Shown: positions 26,886-37,800 of the stretch, piece by piece
How positions within the stretch are numbered: the stretch's first letter is position 1
Layout of the letters: every line of letters begins with the position of its first letter
IMG/VR virus record: IMGVR_UViG_3300030380_004460
DNA: 64,000 bases
Source of the DNA: an uncultured virus (IMG/VR IMGVR_UViG_3300030380_004460)
Taxonomy: Duplodnaviria; Heunggongvirae; Uroviricota; Caudoviricetes
Strand: one strand, 5' to 3'
Program-made: the position numbers and the translations under genes
Notes under the pieces: generated by a model
Told to the model about the DNA's origin: nothing
Seen by the model: the letters and a program-made list of their open reading frames with translations, nothing else
Database searches by the model: none

Positions 26886-27830
26886 ATGGGCAAAATAGGA
26901 ATCAATATGTCAGGGCTTTTGAAACGCCTAAGCTTTCAGACTGGACAGTCTCGCAAAGTTACATACTATAGACCTCCTGTATACGGTAAAGATAATTACG
27001 GTGTAGAAACAGATACTATATCTGCCCAAGAAATAATTGTGCCAGATGTTCGTGCTTACATACACAACAAAACAGACAAAAGTTTTGTACAACAACGTGC
27101 AGGACACAATGTTACTGGTAAAGCAAATATATATTTACCAAATTTAGGTACTCTTAAAAACTTCCCAAACTTTAGCGGGGCGACTGCATTCAATGAACCG
27201 GAAGGATTTGACAAGATTATAGACTATGATAGGACTGTGTATCAAGTTCCTACTACTGGGACTACAGGATGGACTGGTACAGGTAGCGTGGCTTCAGATG
27301 GTGAATCTTTGACACTTACTGCAACTGGCGATGGTAATTTACTTTTTCAAACTTCAGCTATAAACACTTTAGCAGCTGACAGATTACAGTTTAAAATCAA
27401 AGGTAGTGGTAGTGTAGAACTAAAAGCAATTAGGTCTTACCACGGAGGTACTAGTTCTGCATACAGAGTCAATTGGGATAATGATAATTTTGTATTATTA
27501 GATGACACTTATTTGACTGTTGATTTACCATTTACTTCAGGCACTACAAGTGCAAGTATATATCAAAATGGAACCAGACATAACACACCTGTAACTAGTG
27601 GTGCATCATTTAACTACATTAATGATTTAAGGATATTTAGATTAGAGTTCAATTGCGATAACGCAGATAAATTAACCATCAAAGATGTTAAGTATTACAA
27701 GTCTGCTGAATGGAGTATACACGAGATTAACGATTACAATGATGAATTTATGTCACTCAGTTGTGTAAGAACTGAAGGACGCAGGGATAGTAGGAGGCAA
27801 GCATATGGCACCGCGTACAACCGCCCGTAA
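26886..27830 (+). CDS. Probable head-closure protein with inserted beta-sandwich domain
   Basis: Follows the adaptor; KVTYYRP..GKDNYG start and WSIHEI end bracket a ~150 aa beta-rich insert. Confidence 0.5.
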   Translation: MGKIGINMSGLLKRLSFQTGQSRKVTYYRPPVYGKDNYGVETDTISAQEIIVPDVRAYIHNKTDKSFVQQRAGHNVTGKANIYLPNLGTLKNFPNFSGATAFNEPEGFDKIIDYDRTVYQVPTTGTTGWTGTGSVASDGESLTLTATGDGNLLFQTSAINTLAADRLQFKIKGSGSVELKAIRSYHGGTSSAYRVNWDNDNFVLLDDTYLTVDLPFTSGTTSASIYQNGTRHNTPVTSGASFNYINDLRIFRLEFNCDNADKLTIKDVKYYKSAEWSIHEINDYNDEFMSLSCVRTEGRRDSRRQAYGTAYNRP

Positions 27831-28134
27831 GAAGTTTAAAGATACTTCAACTAACCGTAAGAAGCGTTGGAGTAAGAAGTCTCCGATGGCACGTTATGGT
27901 AAAGCTAATGGTTCTTGGAAAGGTGGTAAATCTGCACACTACTACAGACGTAAAGCTAACGCAGGTAAAGGTGAGGTAGTACATCACAAAAACAAAGGTA
28001 AGCATACCGCAAAGAACGCTCGACGTTCTAACTTACAAAAGGTAACACCTGCAAAACACAATAAGTTGCATCCTGAGAAAGGTAGGAAGGCTGCAGCTGC
28101 AAGAAAAAGAAATAGTAAAAGGAAGAAGAAGTAA
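27805..28134 (+). CDS. Very basic HNH-like protein
   Basis: NGSWKGG..GEVVHHKN..N..SNL..VT..KHNKLH. Confidence 0.65.
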   Translation: MAPRTTARKKFKDTSTNRKKRWSKKSPMARYGKANGSWKGGKSAHYYRRKANAGKGEVVHHKNKGKHTAKNARRSNLQKVTPAKHNKLHPEKGRKAAAARKRNSKRKKK

Positions 28135-28628
28135 TGTCACAAGACCACATTAATATTATAGAAAGAGCAATCATAGATAAACTACGCGCAGACCACTCTG
28201 GGATTAGAGTATACCCTCAGTTTCCAGAGGCAAACGATGCTGAGTATCCTTGTATAGTTATGGAGTTAACAAGTTCAGGTGAGTTTGATAGGTTTATGGG
28301 TGAGAAAGTATCTTTTGGTGGCGAAACAAAAACAGGGGAGTTAGTTGGTTTAGTATTTACTTTTCATATTATAATAGATAAAAATTCACAAAAACAAATA
28401 GATACCACAGGTAACGGTAGTCCTGATACAATGTTCAAACAAAGGAGGTTGTTAAACTATTTATTATTAAATGTTGCTAACAGTATAACTGACACTGATT
28501 TTTCTACTGCAACAACAGAGATTGTAGAAAGAAACTTAGGAAATTGGATTGATATAGGATATGACCCTGAGTTAGAGTTGTATGGTGGTAGTTGTGTTTA
28601 TTCAGTAGTTTTTAAAAATTATAGATGA
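28134..28628 (+). CDS. Probable tail terminator
   Basis: IERAIIDKL..VY..P..YPCIV pattern; position in the neck module. Confidence 0.55.
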   Translation: MSQDHINIIERAIIDKLRADHSGIRVYPQFPEANDAEYPCIVMELTSSGEFDRFMGEKVSFGGETKTGELVGLVFTFHIIIDKNSQKQIDTTGNGSPDTMFKQRRLLNYLLLNVANSITDTDFSTATTEIVERNLGNWIDIGYDPELELYGGSCVYSVVFKNYR

Positions 28629-30472
28629 AACGAAGTAAACGATTAATAAGAATTGGTTTGAATGTTTTATACAGACGCAAAAGAGATAATGTTGTAAAGT
28701 ATATGTATCGTAGGGTAGGTCAGAATCCCAACGAAAGATACAGTTTTAGATGGCAACCACAGTATTCGCCTAACAACGTTGATGATAAAGAATATCTTAA
28801 GAAAAAAACTTTTAGTTGGCTTACTTGGGCAAGATTTAAAGCTAAACAATTACCTCCATCTACTACTAGTTTTAACTGGAGAACTGGTGAGTTTTCTAAA
28901 AAAAGACCCGGTGATAACGAACGTGACCCTAGGAATAATTGGAGAGCTGCGCATTATTTTTGGAGTAGTAGAGTTGGTGGCGATTTGCGTATGGATGAAG
29001 AAACTGAAGACTCTGACGAACTAATGAGGAGAGTGCACAGATTTTACAATAAAGCTTTGATGCAACATAATTTTGTTGGTAAATCACAAGAAGCTGTTAT
29101 GGACTTGTTAATGAGAATAAAAAGACAGACTGGTGACCGTATGGGGGATATAGGATACAAAGCAATCATCAGAAGTTCTGGAGATACAACTGCTAGGTCT
29201 ACAGAAGAGAAGTTAATTTATTTAGCACCACATTTACATAAAATGAAATCTTTTAAAGAAAGGCCTACAGAGAAAAAAATAGTAGATAAAGTAAAACAAT
29301 TGATGCCTAAAAGAGCTGGTAAAGAACAACAAATAGATGTTATATACAGAAATAAAAATGGTAAATTAACCCCTGAAGGTAAGATGTTTGATAAATTTTT
29401 TAAAGCACAAGAAGGTAAAATGCTTGGTGCTTTGAGTCCAAATACAAAAACAAGTACTGGTTTAGATGTTACCGAAAAAACTTTGATAGGTAGATTTGGT
29501 GAACAAACAAAGGGTGATAAAGTTATAGCATCCCAACTATCATCCTTACCAACTAGTGTAAAAGCTTTAAGAGGTAAAACTGCTAAAGACAGGTTTGTTG
29601 CTCTTGTTCCTATATTACAACAAATGAGGGCAGAAATTAACAATCCAGATACTCAATTCGAGTTAAGAGGACAGGCTCAAAGAAGATTTGAAAAGGATGC
29701 AAAGAAAAAGGGTTATTACGAATTTGCAATACCTACTGGTGCTGGTGATTTACTTATTTTAGGATTGAGTAATAAGGGTGATAAAATAGGTTTATCTGGA
29801 GGTCTAATACCAGATGTAGGTATAAATATGGATATAGGACAAGCTGCAGCTAATCATATGTTAGGTGAAAAAGCTGGTCAAGCAGCTAGAAGTACATTAA
29901 GAATGATGAGTGGCAAAAATCAATTTGAGTATGATGGTAAACTTATACAATATAGAAATTATTACGCTAATAAATTATTACACGTAGGATATCCGGGTAA
30001 AGTTACTGATACACCCTTTGCTCCTACTATGCATACTAATATAATGTCTAGAGGTGATTTCGTTACTCATTTATCTACTTTAGTTAACGAAGCATATGGT
30101 GGTTCATTTCAGTCAGGAACTTGGCAGGATATGTTTGACCCTAAAACTAAATTTTCTAATAATAATGCATTTCATCAGTGGGCTATGGAGTGGATTGCAG
30201 AAAGTAAAACATTAGAAGATAAAGTAAACAAAACTATGTTTTCCCAAAGGTATTTTACTTGGGCTAGTGATAAAGTGTTTGTAGGTAAAAGAAGTCACAG
30301 ATGGGCAGGAGATATAAAAACGTGGAAATCACCTGCATCAATTAGACCGTTTGTTTATACTTCTAAAGTAGGAACTAAACAAGCAGAAGCAGCTAATTTA
30401 ACAAGACAGGGCGTTTTTACAGATTTTAGAACCGCTATGTCATCTCTTTTTGGCACTAGGTATACGAGCTAA
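28625..30472 (+). CDS. Large basic hypothetical protein in the neck/tail module
   Basis: 615 aa, K/R-rich, ATGA-coupled; no family recognised. Confidence 0.7.
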   Translation: MKRSKRLIRIGLNVLYRRKRDNVVKYMYRRVGQNPNERYSFRWQPQYSPNNVDDKEYLKKKTFSWLTWARFKAKQLPPSTTSFNWRTGEFSKKRPGDNERDPRNNWRAAHYFWSSRVGGDLRMDEETEDSDELMRRVHRFYNKALMQHNFVGKSQEAVMDLLMRIKRQTGDRMGDIGYKAIIRSSGDTTARSTEEKLIYLAPHLHKMKSFKERPTEKKIVDKVKQLMPKRAGKEQQIDVIYRNKNGKLTPEGKMFDKFFKAQEGKMLGALSPNTKTSTGLDVTEKTLIGRFGEQTKGDKVIASQLSSLPTSVKALRGKTAKDRFVALVPILQQMRAEINNPDTQFELRGQAQRRFEKDAKKKGYYEFAIPTGAGDLLILGLSNKGDKIGLSGGLIPDVGINMDIGQAAANHMLGEKAGQAARSTLRMMSGKNQFEYDGKLIQYRNYYANKLLHVGYPGKVTDTPFAPTMHTNIMSRGDFVTHLSTLVNEAYGGSFQSGTWQDMFDPKTKFSNNNAFHQWAMEWIAESKTLEDKVNKTMFSQRYFTWASDKVFVGKRSHRWAGDIKTWKSPASIRPFVYTSKVGTKQAEAANLTRQGVFTDFRTAMSSLFGTRYTS

Positions 30473-30476
30473 GTAG

Positions 30477-30491
30477 CACAACCTTTAAATA
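30477..30491 (+). promoter_or_regulatory. Late-type promoter for the tail operon
   Basis: CACAACCTTTAAATA. Confidence 0.6.
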
Positions 30492-30526
30492 TAATTGATG
30501 ACTAAATAAATGTAGAGGTTCCAAAT

Positions 30527-31168
30527 ATGGCATATTTCTTAGGTTCAGATGTGGAGGTTATTATAACCACCGAACTCGCAGGTAACTCTGTAAAAATAAC
30601 AGAAACTACTAATAAATATACAATTGCTGCAGAAGGTGCTACATCACCTACAACATCACTTGGTATTAACAGTTTGAATGATACTAACCAAGAGTTTCCC
30701 GGAGACGCTTTAGTAGATATAACTGGTGTAGATTTAGGAATTGGCGCAATGGATGAAGATATTGACTATCTAGGTCACAACACTCCTTTGAAAGCTGAAA
30801 TCCGAAAAAATACAACTTTAACACTTACATTCAAAAGAAAGAATGTCGTATTTGATGTACTTTATTCTGGTGACGAAGACGGTAACACTGGTAGATATGG
30901 ACTAAAAGCTAATGGTGGTGGTTCTAATTTGAGAACTGGTTTAGAAGAACCCGGTACTGATATAGGATACAGATTACTTGTTAAACTAAAAGCTTCACAA
31001 GAAATTTTTGCATTGAGAAATTGTCAAATGACTGCAAACAATATAACATTAACTCCAGATGGCACCCAAGAACAATCATTAGAATTTACAAGTATGGTTA
31101 CACCTTTATTAGTTAGTGCAGTTACTACAACTAACCTTGATACGGCAACAGGCTCAGGAGATATTTAA
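30527..31168 (+). CDS. Tail tube protein, paralogue 1
   Basis: Beta-rich 213 aa upstream of chaperone and tape measure; LRNC..TA..QE...EF. Confidence 0.7.
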   Translation: MAYFLGSDVEVIITTELAGNSVKITETTNKYTIAAEGATSPTTSLGINSLNDTNQEFPGDALVDITGVDLGIGAMDEDIDYLGHNTPLKAEIRKNTTLTLTFKRKNVVFDVLYSGDEDGNTGRYGLKANGGGSNLRTGLEEPGTDIGYRLLVKLKASQEIFALRNCQMTANNITLTPDGTQEQSLEFTSMVTPLLVSAVTTTNLDTATGSGDI

Positions 31169-31170
31169 AT

Positions 31171-31842
31171 ATGGTATACTACTTAGGAAGTGATGTAAAC
31201 GTTCATATGACAACCGAACACGGTACTTACACTGTTAGTGGAGGAGCATCTAATGTTACTGCTACCGGTGACTTAACCAATACAAACGGTATTGGTAACA
31301 ATGGAGCCGACTTTAGTTCCGTTATTCCAAAAAGAGGTACTGGATTAACTGCTGCGTCAAAACTAACTGATGTTATTGGTGTAGACTTTACACCCGGAAC
31401 CAGACAAGAAGAAATATCTTATATGGGTAAAAATACAAACTTACAAGCTGAAATTAAAAAAGAATTGATTTTAACAATTACCAGAAAGGTAAGCGAGAAC
31501 TTCTTTGATGCTTTGTTTAACACACCTGCAAGAGATGGTGTTTTTGATTCTGCTTCTGCTGATGGCACTGGAGGAACTAAAACACTACACGATGGTCTTA
31601 GAACATCTAAAAACCAAAACTTTGGTTACCGATTACATTTAGAACTTAAATCTAGCACCACTAATGGTGAAGGTGAAGTTATTACATTAAGAAATTGCTG
31701 TATCACAGCACACACGAGAACTCTTGATGCTAACAATGCACAAGAGGAAACAATTGAATTTTATTCATACGTCCAACCTGTTATATCTGGAGATGGCACA
31801 GTTACTGCCGCTACAGCTATTACAGGCACAGACGAAATATAA
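31171..31842 (+). CDS. Tail tube protein, paralogue 2
   Basis: Shares Y.LGSDV, GVD, Y.G.NT.L.AEI.K, GYRL, LRNC..TA, QE...EF.S.V.P with the previous gene. Confidence 0.7.
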   Translation: MVYYLGSDVNVHMTTEHGTYTVSGGASNVTATGDLTNTNGIGNNGADFSSVIPKRGTGLTAASKLTDVIGVDFTPGTRQEEISYMGKNTNLQAEIKKELILTITRKVSENFFDALFNTPARDGVFDSASADGTGGTKTLHDGLRTSKNQNFGYRLHLELKSSTTNGEGEVITLRNCCITAHTRTLDANNAQEETIEFYSYVQPVISGDGTVTAATAITGTDEI

Positions 31843-31862
31843 AGTGAATAAGGAGAACACGA

Positions 31863-32231
31863 ATGACTGAAGACGCAAATGTATGGACAATCGAAGAGCT
31901 AGTAGAACTAACAGACCAAGTACAAACTGGTAAAGTTACGTATAGAGGAAAGGACTTTCATTTTCAATTCTGCGAACTTGCAGAGAAAGAGGAACCTAAT
32001 CTAAAAGCACTGCCCGAAACTGCTACTGAACAAGAAAAACAGGACTGGGCTACTGAAGCTGGAATTGAAAGGATATTAGCAATGATAAAGAAAGCTAATG
32101 ATAAAAATCCTGATGGCGTTACTTTAACAGAAGAAAACTGGTCTACGGTACCTGTAACTCTTCGTTATCAGATAACATCTGAAATATTGTCTTATCAACA
32201 GGAGATAACTGAAAATTTTACTACTGGATGA
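31863..32231 (+). CDS. Tail assembly chaperone (gpG-like)
   Basis: Acidic 122 aa protein between tail tube and tape measure; ends at a slippery site. Confidence 0.75.
   Translation: MTEDANVWTIEELVELTDQVQTGKVTYRGKDFHFQFCELAEKEEPNLKALPETATEQEKQDWATEAGIERILAMIKKANDKNPDGVTLTEENWSTVPVTLRYQITSEILSYQQEITENFTTG
32213..32219 (+). other. -1 programmed frameshift heptamer A-AAT-TTT
   Basis: X-XXY-YYZ in the chaperone frame; the -1 frame reads TAC TAC TGG ATG into ORF 32228-32515. Confidence 0.75.
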
Positions 32232-32515
32232 GGGAAGCACCGGAACCTGTACTTCTCTACATCCCGTTGATGAAAGACTTAGGTTTATCTTGGAATGAGA
32301 TAAAAGAAACGCCAAGAGTAGAATTAGAAGGCATTCTAGTTGCATATACTGAGTATCAACTACTTCATAGTCTTGATGGCTATGATGACACTGATATAAA
32401 TAATATGGCAAAGAATAAACCTCAGATAAGAGGTCAATACGCCCGATATTTAGAAAAGAAACGAAAGTATTACAAAACAGTTGAGGAGAAAAAATCATTT
32501 AAAGATTTGATATAA
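32228..32515 (+). CDS. Tail chaperone C-terminal extension (gpT-like)
   Basis: LGLSWNEIKE.P motif; lies in the -1 frame relative to the upstream ORF. Confidence 0.7.
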   Translation: MREAPEPVLLYIPLMKDLGLSWNEIKETPRVELEGILVAYTEYQLLHSLDGYDDTDINNMAKNKPQIRGQYARYLEKKRKYYKTVEEKKSFKDLI

Positions 32516-32522
32516 GATAATA

Positions 32523-34847
32523 ATGGCAGGGTTTCTAGGCACTCTCTTTATGGGTAATGTAGGTTTAAGACTATTACTACCGCCTAAATCTGCCTATAAT
32601 AAAATGGCTCAAGAGTTTGGCGCTGGAGCTAAAAAAATTGGGCTTATTGGTAAAAACGAACAAGGTAAAAGTGCTAGAGCTCAAGAACAAAAAACAAAAG
32701 AGTCTTTACTTAAAGCACGTTTAATATTTCAAAAGGCTTCTAAAGACCAATCTAGTGATGCCATCAAAGCTTTACAATCAGAATTACAAACTTTAGATAG
32801 AATCACTGGCGGGGCTATTTCAAAAGTAGACAAACAACTAGAACTTAGTGCTCTGAATAGAAGTAAAAGAGGTGGTGTGTTTGGCGGTAAAGATTTATCT
32901 GACCTAGGAACACTGTTAGGTGGTGCTGAAGTAGACGCAGGTATTACATCACCTGAAGAAATGCTTGAACAATTTAATGCTAAGTTAACAAGTGTAGCTC
33001 GTGGGGCTATGGAAGTATTTCACAACTCTGTCACTACTTCTGTTACTGCATTGACTGTTTTAGGTTTTCAAATACAAACAGTAGCACGCAGTTTGATTTC
33101 ATATGAGAATGAGCTAGTCAACGCAAATTCTATATTTCAAGTAAGTAACGATGAGTTATACAGTATATCTAACGAAGTTGTAGATGTAGGTCTACAATAT
33201 GCACTGACATACGACAATATGTCTCAAGCATTGTACCAATTCGCTTCTGCGGGTTTAGATGCTTCTGAGTCTCAACAGATTCTTGCAGATGTTATGAAGT
33301 TATCTATGGCTGTACAAGGTGACTCTGAAACACTAGGTAAGTTGTTAATTCAGACTATCAAAGGTTTTGGTATGGAGTTTGAAGAATCTGGTAAACTTGT
33401 TGACCAGTTCGCACTTGCAATCAACGAGTCTTTGTTAGAATACCAAGATTTAGCTAGTGCGGTTAAGTTTGCTATGCCTTTCTTCGTTTCTACTAATCAA
33501 GGTGTAGAACAGTTACTTGGTGGTTTAGCTGTACTTACAGACCGTGCTTTAGAAGCAGGTATCGCAGGTCGTGGTTTAAGACAGGCACTTGCAGAGTTAG
33601 CTGAAAGTCTTGGAGATAACACACGTAAGTTCCAAGAGATGGGTATCAATATTACTGACGCGAATGGTAATTTATTACAGATGACTGACATTGCTGCAGA
33701 ATTTGCTAGACACTTTGGCGAAGCTGCTAACGACACTGAATTACTAACTACTTTAATATCAGACTTAAACGTTCGTGGTGCAACCGCGTTTGTTCATTTA
33801 GTACAAAACTCTGAAGAATTTGCAGAGGTTACAGAAAAAATTGCTAATGCGCAAGGTGATGCTACAAGAATGGCAGATAAACAAATGGAGTCTTTATCTA
33901 ATCAAATATTGGTTACAAAGAACGCAATGATGGCTGCTTTCCTTTATGGTGAAGCTCAAGAAGATGGAACAATGGGTGTAAACAGTTTCCACAAAGCTTT
34001 ACTAGATATGGTTAAAATGTTTAGAAGTAAATTTGTTGTTGAATTAGAAGACGGTACTATGATGATAACGGAGTTTGGTTTTCAAATGAGAGATGTTGCT
34101 ACTAGATTTGTTGAACAATTTACAGTTATTTTAGAAAAATTACTAGACTTTATTAACAGTTTAAATGCTAGTGGATTTGATTTTATCAGAATGTTAAATA
34201 TATTATTTCTTCCTTTAAGACTTGTTGTAGGTTTGATGGAAATGTTACCTGAATTTGCAAGAAGTAGTGTATTAGAATTCTTTTTATTGAGTCGTATGGT
34301 TGGTATGACAGGTGCAGCTTTCTTTATGGCAGGAGATATGTTATTTAGATTTAATCAATTTGTAGCTCAAGGTAATGAACAAGTAGCTAGACTCCTTGGA
34401 CTTTTAGAAACTGTAGCTGGTGTTGCATTAACTGTATTTTCTATACTTCCTGCTGTTAGGGTAGGTAGAGCTGCTGTAGGAGCTATGAGTGTTGGTAATA
34501 CAGCACTCAGGTCAAAAGTTGGACTTGCAAGTACTTTTAGTGTAGAAGCTGCAAAACAAGGTATAGGCAAAGGAACTATGGGTTTAGCTGCTGCTTCTGC
34601 TCTTACTGGTTTTAGTGGTGTTAAAGCAGGTATAGGTTTGACAGGTATAGGTGTTGCACAAATGATGGGTGCAGGAGGCGCTGATGGTGGACAAAGTAGT
34701 TATGATGCTTACGCACAATCTTTACAGGGTAACGCTTTTAATGGCGGTATGGGTGGTATGTCACCGACAACTTTAAATGTAGAGAATGCTAACTTTAGAA
34801 CAGATAACTTGAATGATACATTTTATAGTTCAGGATATGGAACGTGA
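32523..34847 (+). CDS. Tape measure protein (TP901-type core)
   Basis: LYQFASAG, L..AVKFA.P, G..AG.AGRGLR, G.A..MA..Q; hydrophobic C-terminal part. Confidence 0.9.
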   Translation: MAGFLGTLFMGNVGLRLLLPPKSAYNKMAQEFGAGAKKIGLIGKNEQGKSARAQEQKTKESLLKARLIFQKASKDQSSDAIKALQSELQTLDRITGGAISKVDKQLELSALNRSKRGGVFGGKDLSDLGTLLGGAEVDAGITSPEEMLEQFNAKLTSVARGAMEVFHNSVTTSVTALTVLGFQIQTVARSLISYENELVNANSIFQVSNDELYSISNEVVDVGLQYALTYDNMSQALYQFASAGLDASESQQILADVMKLSMAVQGDSETLGKLLIQTIKGFGMEFEESGKLVDQFALAINESLLEYQDLASAVKFAMPFFVSTNQGVEQLLGGLAVLTDRALEAGIAGRGLRQALAELAESLGDNTRKFQEMGINITDANGNLLQMTDIAAEFARHFGEAANDTELLTTLISDLNVRGATAFVHLVQNSEEFAEVTEKIANAQGDATRMADKQMESLSNQILVTKNAMMAAFLYGEAQEDGTMGVNSFHKALLDMVKMFRSKFVVELEDGTMMITEFGFQMRDVATRFVEQFTVILEKLLDFINSLNASGFDFIRMLNILFLPLRLVVGLMEMLPEFARSSVLEFFLLSRMVGMTGAAFFMAGDMLFRFNQFVAQGNEQVARLLGLLETVAGVALTVFSILPAVRVGRAAVGAMSVGNTALRSKVGLASTFSVEAAKQGIGKGTMGLAAASALTGFSGVKAGIGLTGIGVAQMMGAGGADGGQSSYDAYAQSLQGNAFNGGMGGMSPTTLNVENANFRTDNLNDTFYSSGYGT

Positions 34848-34856
34848 GGTAATTAA

Positions 34857-37800
34857 ATGATAAAGATTGAACCAAACACATTTTACAAAAGAGTAACCCC
34901 GTCTGCTGACGGTATTCTTGATGGTCACAAAGGAGATTTAACAATTTTATCAAAAGCTGTAAATGTAGCTTCTGGAAGTTTTGGTGGTCCCAACAACTAC
35001 ATATTATCTAGTAACATACCAAGTTCTGAAACATACGGTCAAGATGGTAAACTATCTCAAGTTTATTTTCACACAAATGTTTTGACTATGAATTTATCTG
35101 AAAATTTTGAAACACCTATGGTAAAACTTTGGAAACTTAAAGACACAAATTATAGTTTAACTTATGGCACTGTTGCAACAAGAGCCGATAATGATATGGT
35201 TGCTTTTTCTTCTGTTATTGATTATGAAAAACCAAACATAGTAGAAACGTTTTCTGGTGAAAATATTAGTTTAGGTGAAGATGTTAAATTTATAAAGGAT
35301 AACGTTACACTAAGTACAGAACAATATTACATACCTTATTCTGGGTTTAAATCTTTTGTTGAAGACCAAAATGCTTTGATACAATTAGAGGGTAAATTGG
35401 TTGTAGGAGATGTTGTAAAAGTTGGTGACAATATACCTTTGAGTTACGTTCCTGCAAGTGGTAGATATACGGTTCATAATGGTGTAAAACACAGTGGTAT
35501 AATAGGAATGTTTGATTCGCTTGACCCTGACCAATTTGAATTTACTTTAGACCAATGGAGGTCATACACTGGTATAACTGACCATTGGAGAGCTGAAACT
35601 AGAGAACAAGTTAAAATGCAGTCAGAGGAAACTTTTTTAGCAAAAGCTAATACTGAAAATACTATATTTAATACTAATTATGAAACTGACAATTGGAATG
35701 ATATTAAAGTTCAAACGTTAGAAAGCACTGGCGATGATACTCATTCTTTCGCATTTTCTAATGCAGAATTTACAACTGACGATTCTAAAACTGGCGGTCA
35801 ATCTATGATGTTCAATTCTTTTTGGGAAAATTATTCTGGTGCTTCTTTTACCGCTTCTGAGATTAAAAAGGCTGCTTTTCCGGGTACTAGTAGCACAGGA
35901 CATAATTATCCTCAAGAGATAACATATGCGGTAAATTCAATGCCTGAAATTGTGCCTTTGGAATTAGGTAGTGGTAGTAGTGCAGCTCCATATCGACCTG
36001 AGACTCCTACAATAACTGGTGAATATGAAGTTGTGTTTAAAATAAAACAAATGGGAGGAAGAGTTTTTGGTAGTTCAAGTGCTTCCGGTATTGAAAGTTT
36101 TAATATGTTACGTTCTTTTAACATAACTTTAAGTAATATACCACATCGTTCCGGAGAACGATTTTTTGATTATATTTTTAGAACTCAAGATGGAGATAAT
36201 AGTTTTGCAAGTCCCGGTGTTATGTTAGGTATGGGTGGATATCGAACTAGTACTAACAGTGACACAATTAAATTTTTCGATATGCAAGGTCAGTTAAATT
36301 TACAAGCTGCTGGTACATACATAAATAATAGTAGAGTTTTGCAGAAAAATGGAATTCCTACTGCTCACGTTGAGTTACCAACAGAGGAATGGATAACTGC
36401 ACGTTTTAAAATAGACCCTAGAAGACAAAGTCAATTAGTTTATTTCCCTTCGCACTTAAATGACAATGGTTCAATTAAATCTTTAGAATTAACTATGGCA
36501 GGGCCAAGTGGAACTCCTGTATGTTCGGGTTCTTTAGCTCCTCGATGTATGGTAATTAATAGTAGTAATATGAGAGCAATAAATAATACTGATACTACAG
36601 CATCACCTATGTTAGGTAACAAAAATTTAGTAACTGATATTGTGCCTAATATTGATGTTAGACAACAAATATGTTTAGACAACATTTCAGTTCGTAATTT
36701 AAATCATAGAATTTCCAATGCTACTTACAATGCTAGAAATAAATCACCTGCTAAACTCACCATACCATATCCTATGAGAAATGTGCCTATGGGTAAAGCA
36801 ACATCTAGCCCTGAAACTTCAGGAACAAGCTCTCACGATAATTATTTTATGAAACCAGATATGCCAGTTTGTAGTTTTATGTCTTTTGGTTTTGATAATA
36901 AACCTTCAGATGGTCAATATGCTTTGTTAATGAGTACATTCCAATGTATGAATCCCGCCCCGCAACAAATACATCACCATTATACTAAATTTGGTTATGT
37001 AAGTGGTTCTGGTCAAATGGGTATATTGAAAAAAGGACATTTTGATGCTAGTGGTACAAAGGGTACTTTGGGTGCTGCTGGAACTGCTACTGCTATTTCT
37101 ATTGGTGGTTTACCAAACGATGTAGAAAGATTTAGACAAAAGGGTAATATTAACTTTCAGTTAGGTAATGGCGCTGGAGGTGGTGGTGATAGAAAGAATT
37201 GGGCAGACACTGGCGATTGGACAAGACGAGAAAACCCGTTAGTTCAAGCTAGAATATTAAGCAAAAGCTCTGATGGTTTAACTATTAGTGTAGATACTAT
37301 TAATCCGTTTAAATTAGCTTCCGGAAGTAGGTACATAGCTTATGAACTTGGAGAAGATTGGGCAGGTACAGGAACTAGTCGTCAGATAGGAGCAGTTGAT
37401 ACTTTTCCGTTAGAAGTAGTTGCAATAGATGATAGGAAAAAAGAAGTGACTTTAAACAGAAGTATTAATGCAATCTTTGGTAATACTGATGGTGATGTTT
37501 ATTCAAGGTGTGCTATATCTCCTTACAAATATTGGTTGAATGTAACTGTAATGAATGCTGTACCAGACAATGGTATAACTGGCAGTGGTAAATGGGGTAC
37601 TGATTGGTATAAATCTACAAGTCTTGAACTTAGAGCTGGTGCTCAAAGAACTTACACTTCTGCACAACTTTTATCTGCTACTGGTAGTTATGGCACTACT
37701 TATAATGAATTTTTATATTCTGACACACCACAATATACAAATATGTGGGACTTAAGAACTAACACTCTAGATGGTGTTGTAGAAACACAAAAAGATTATG

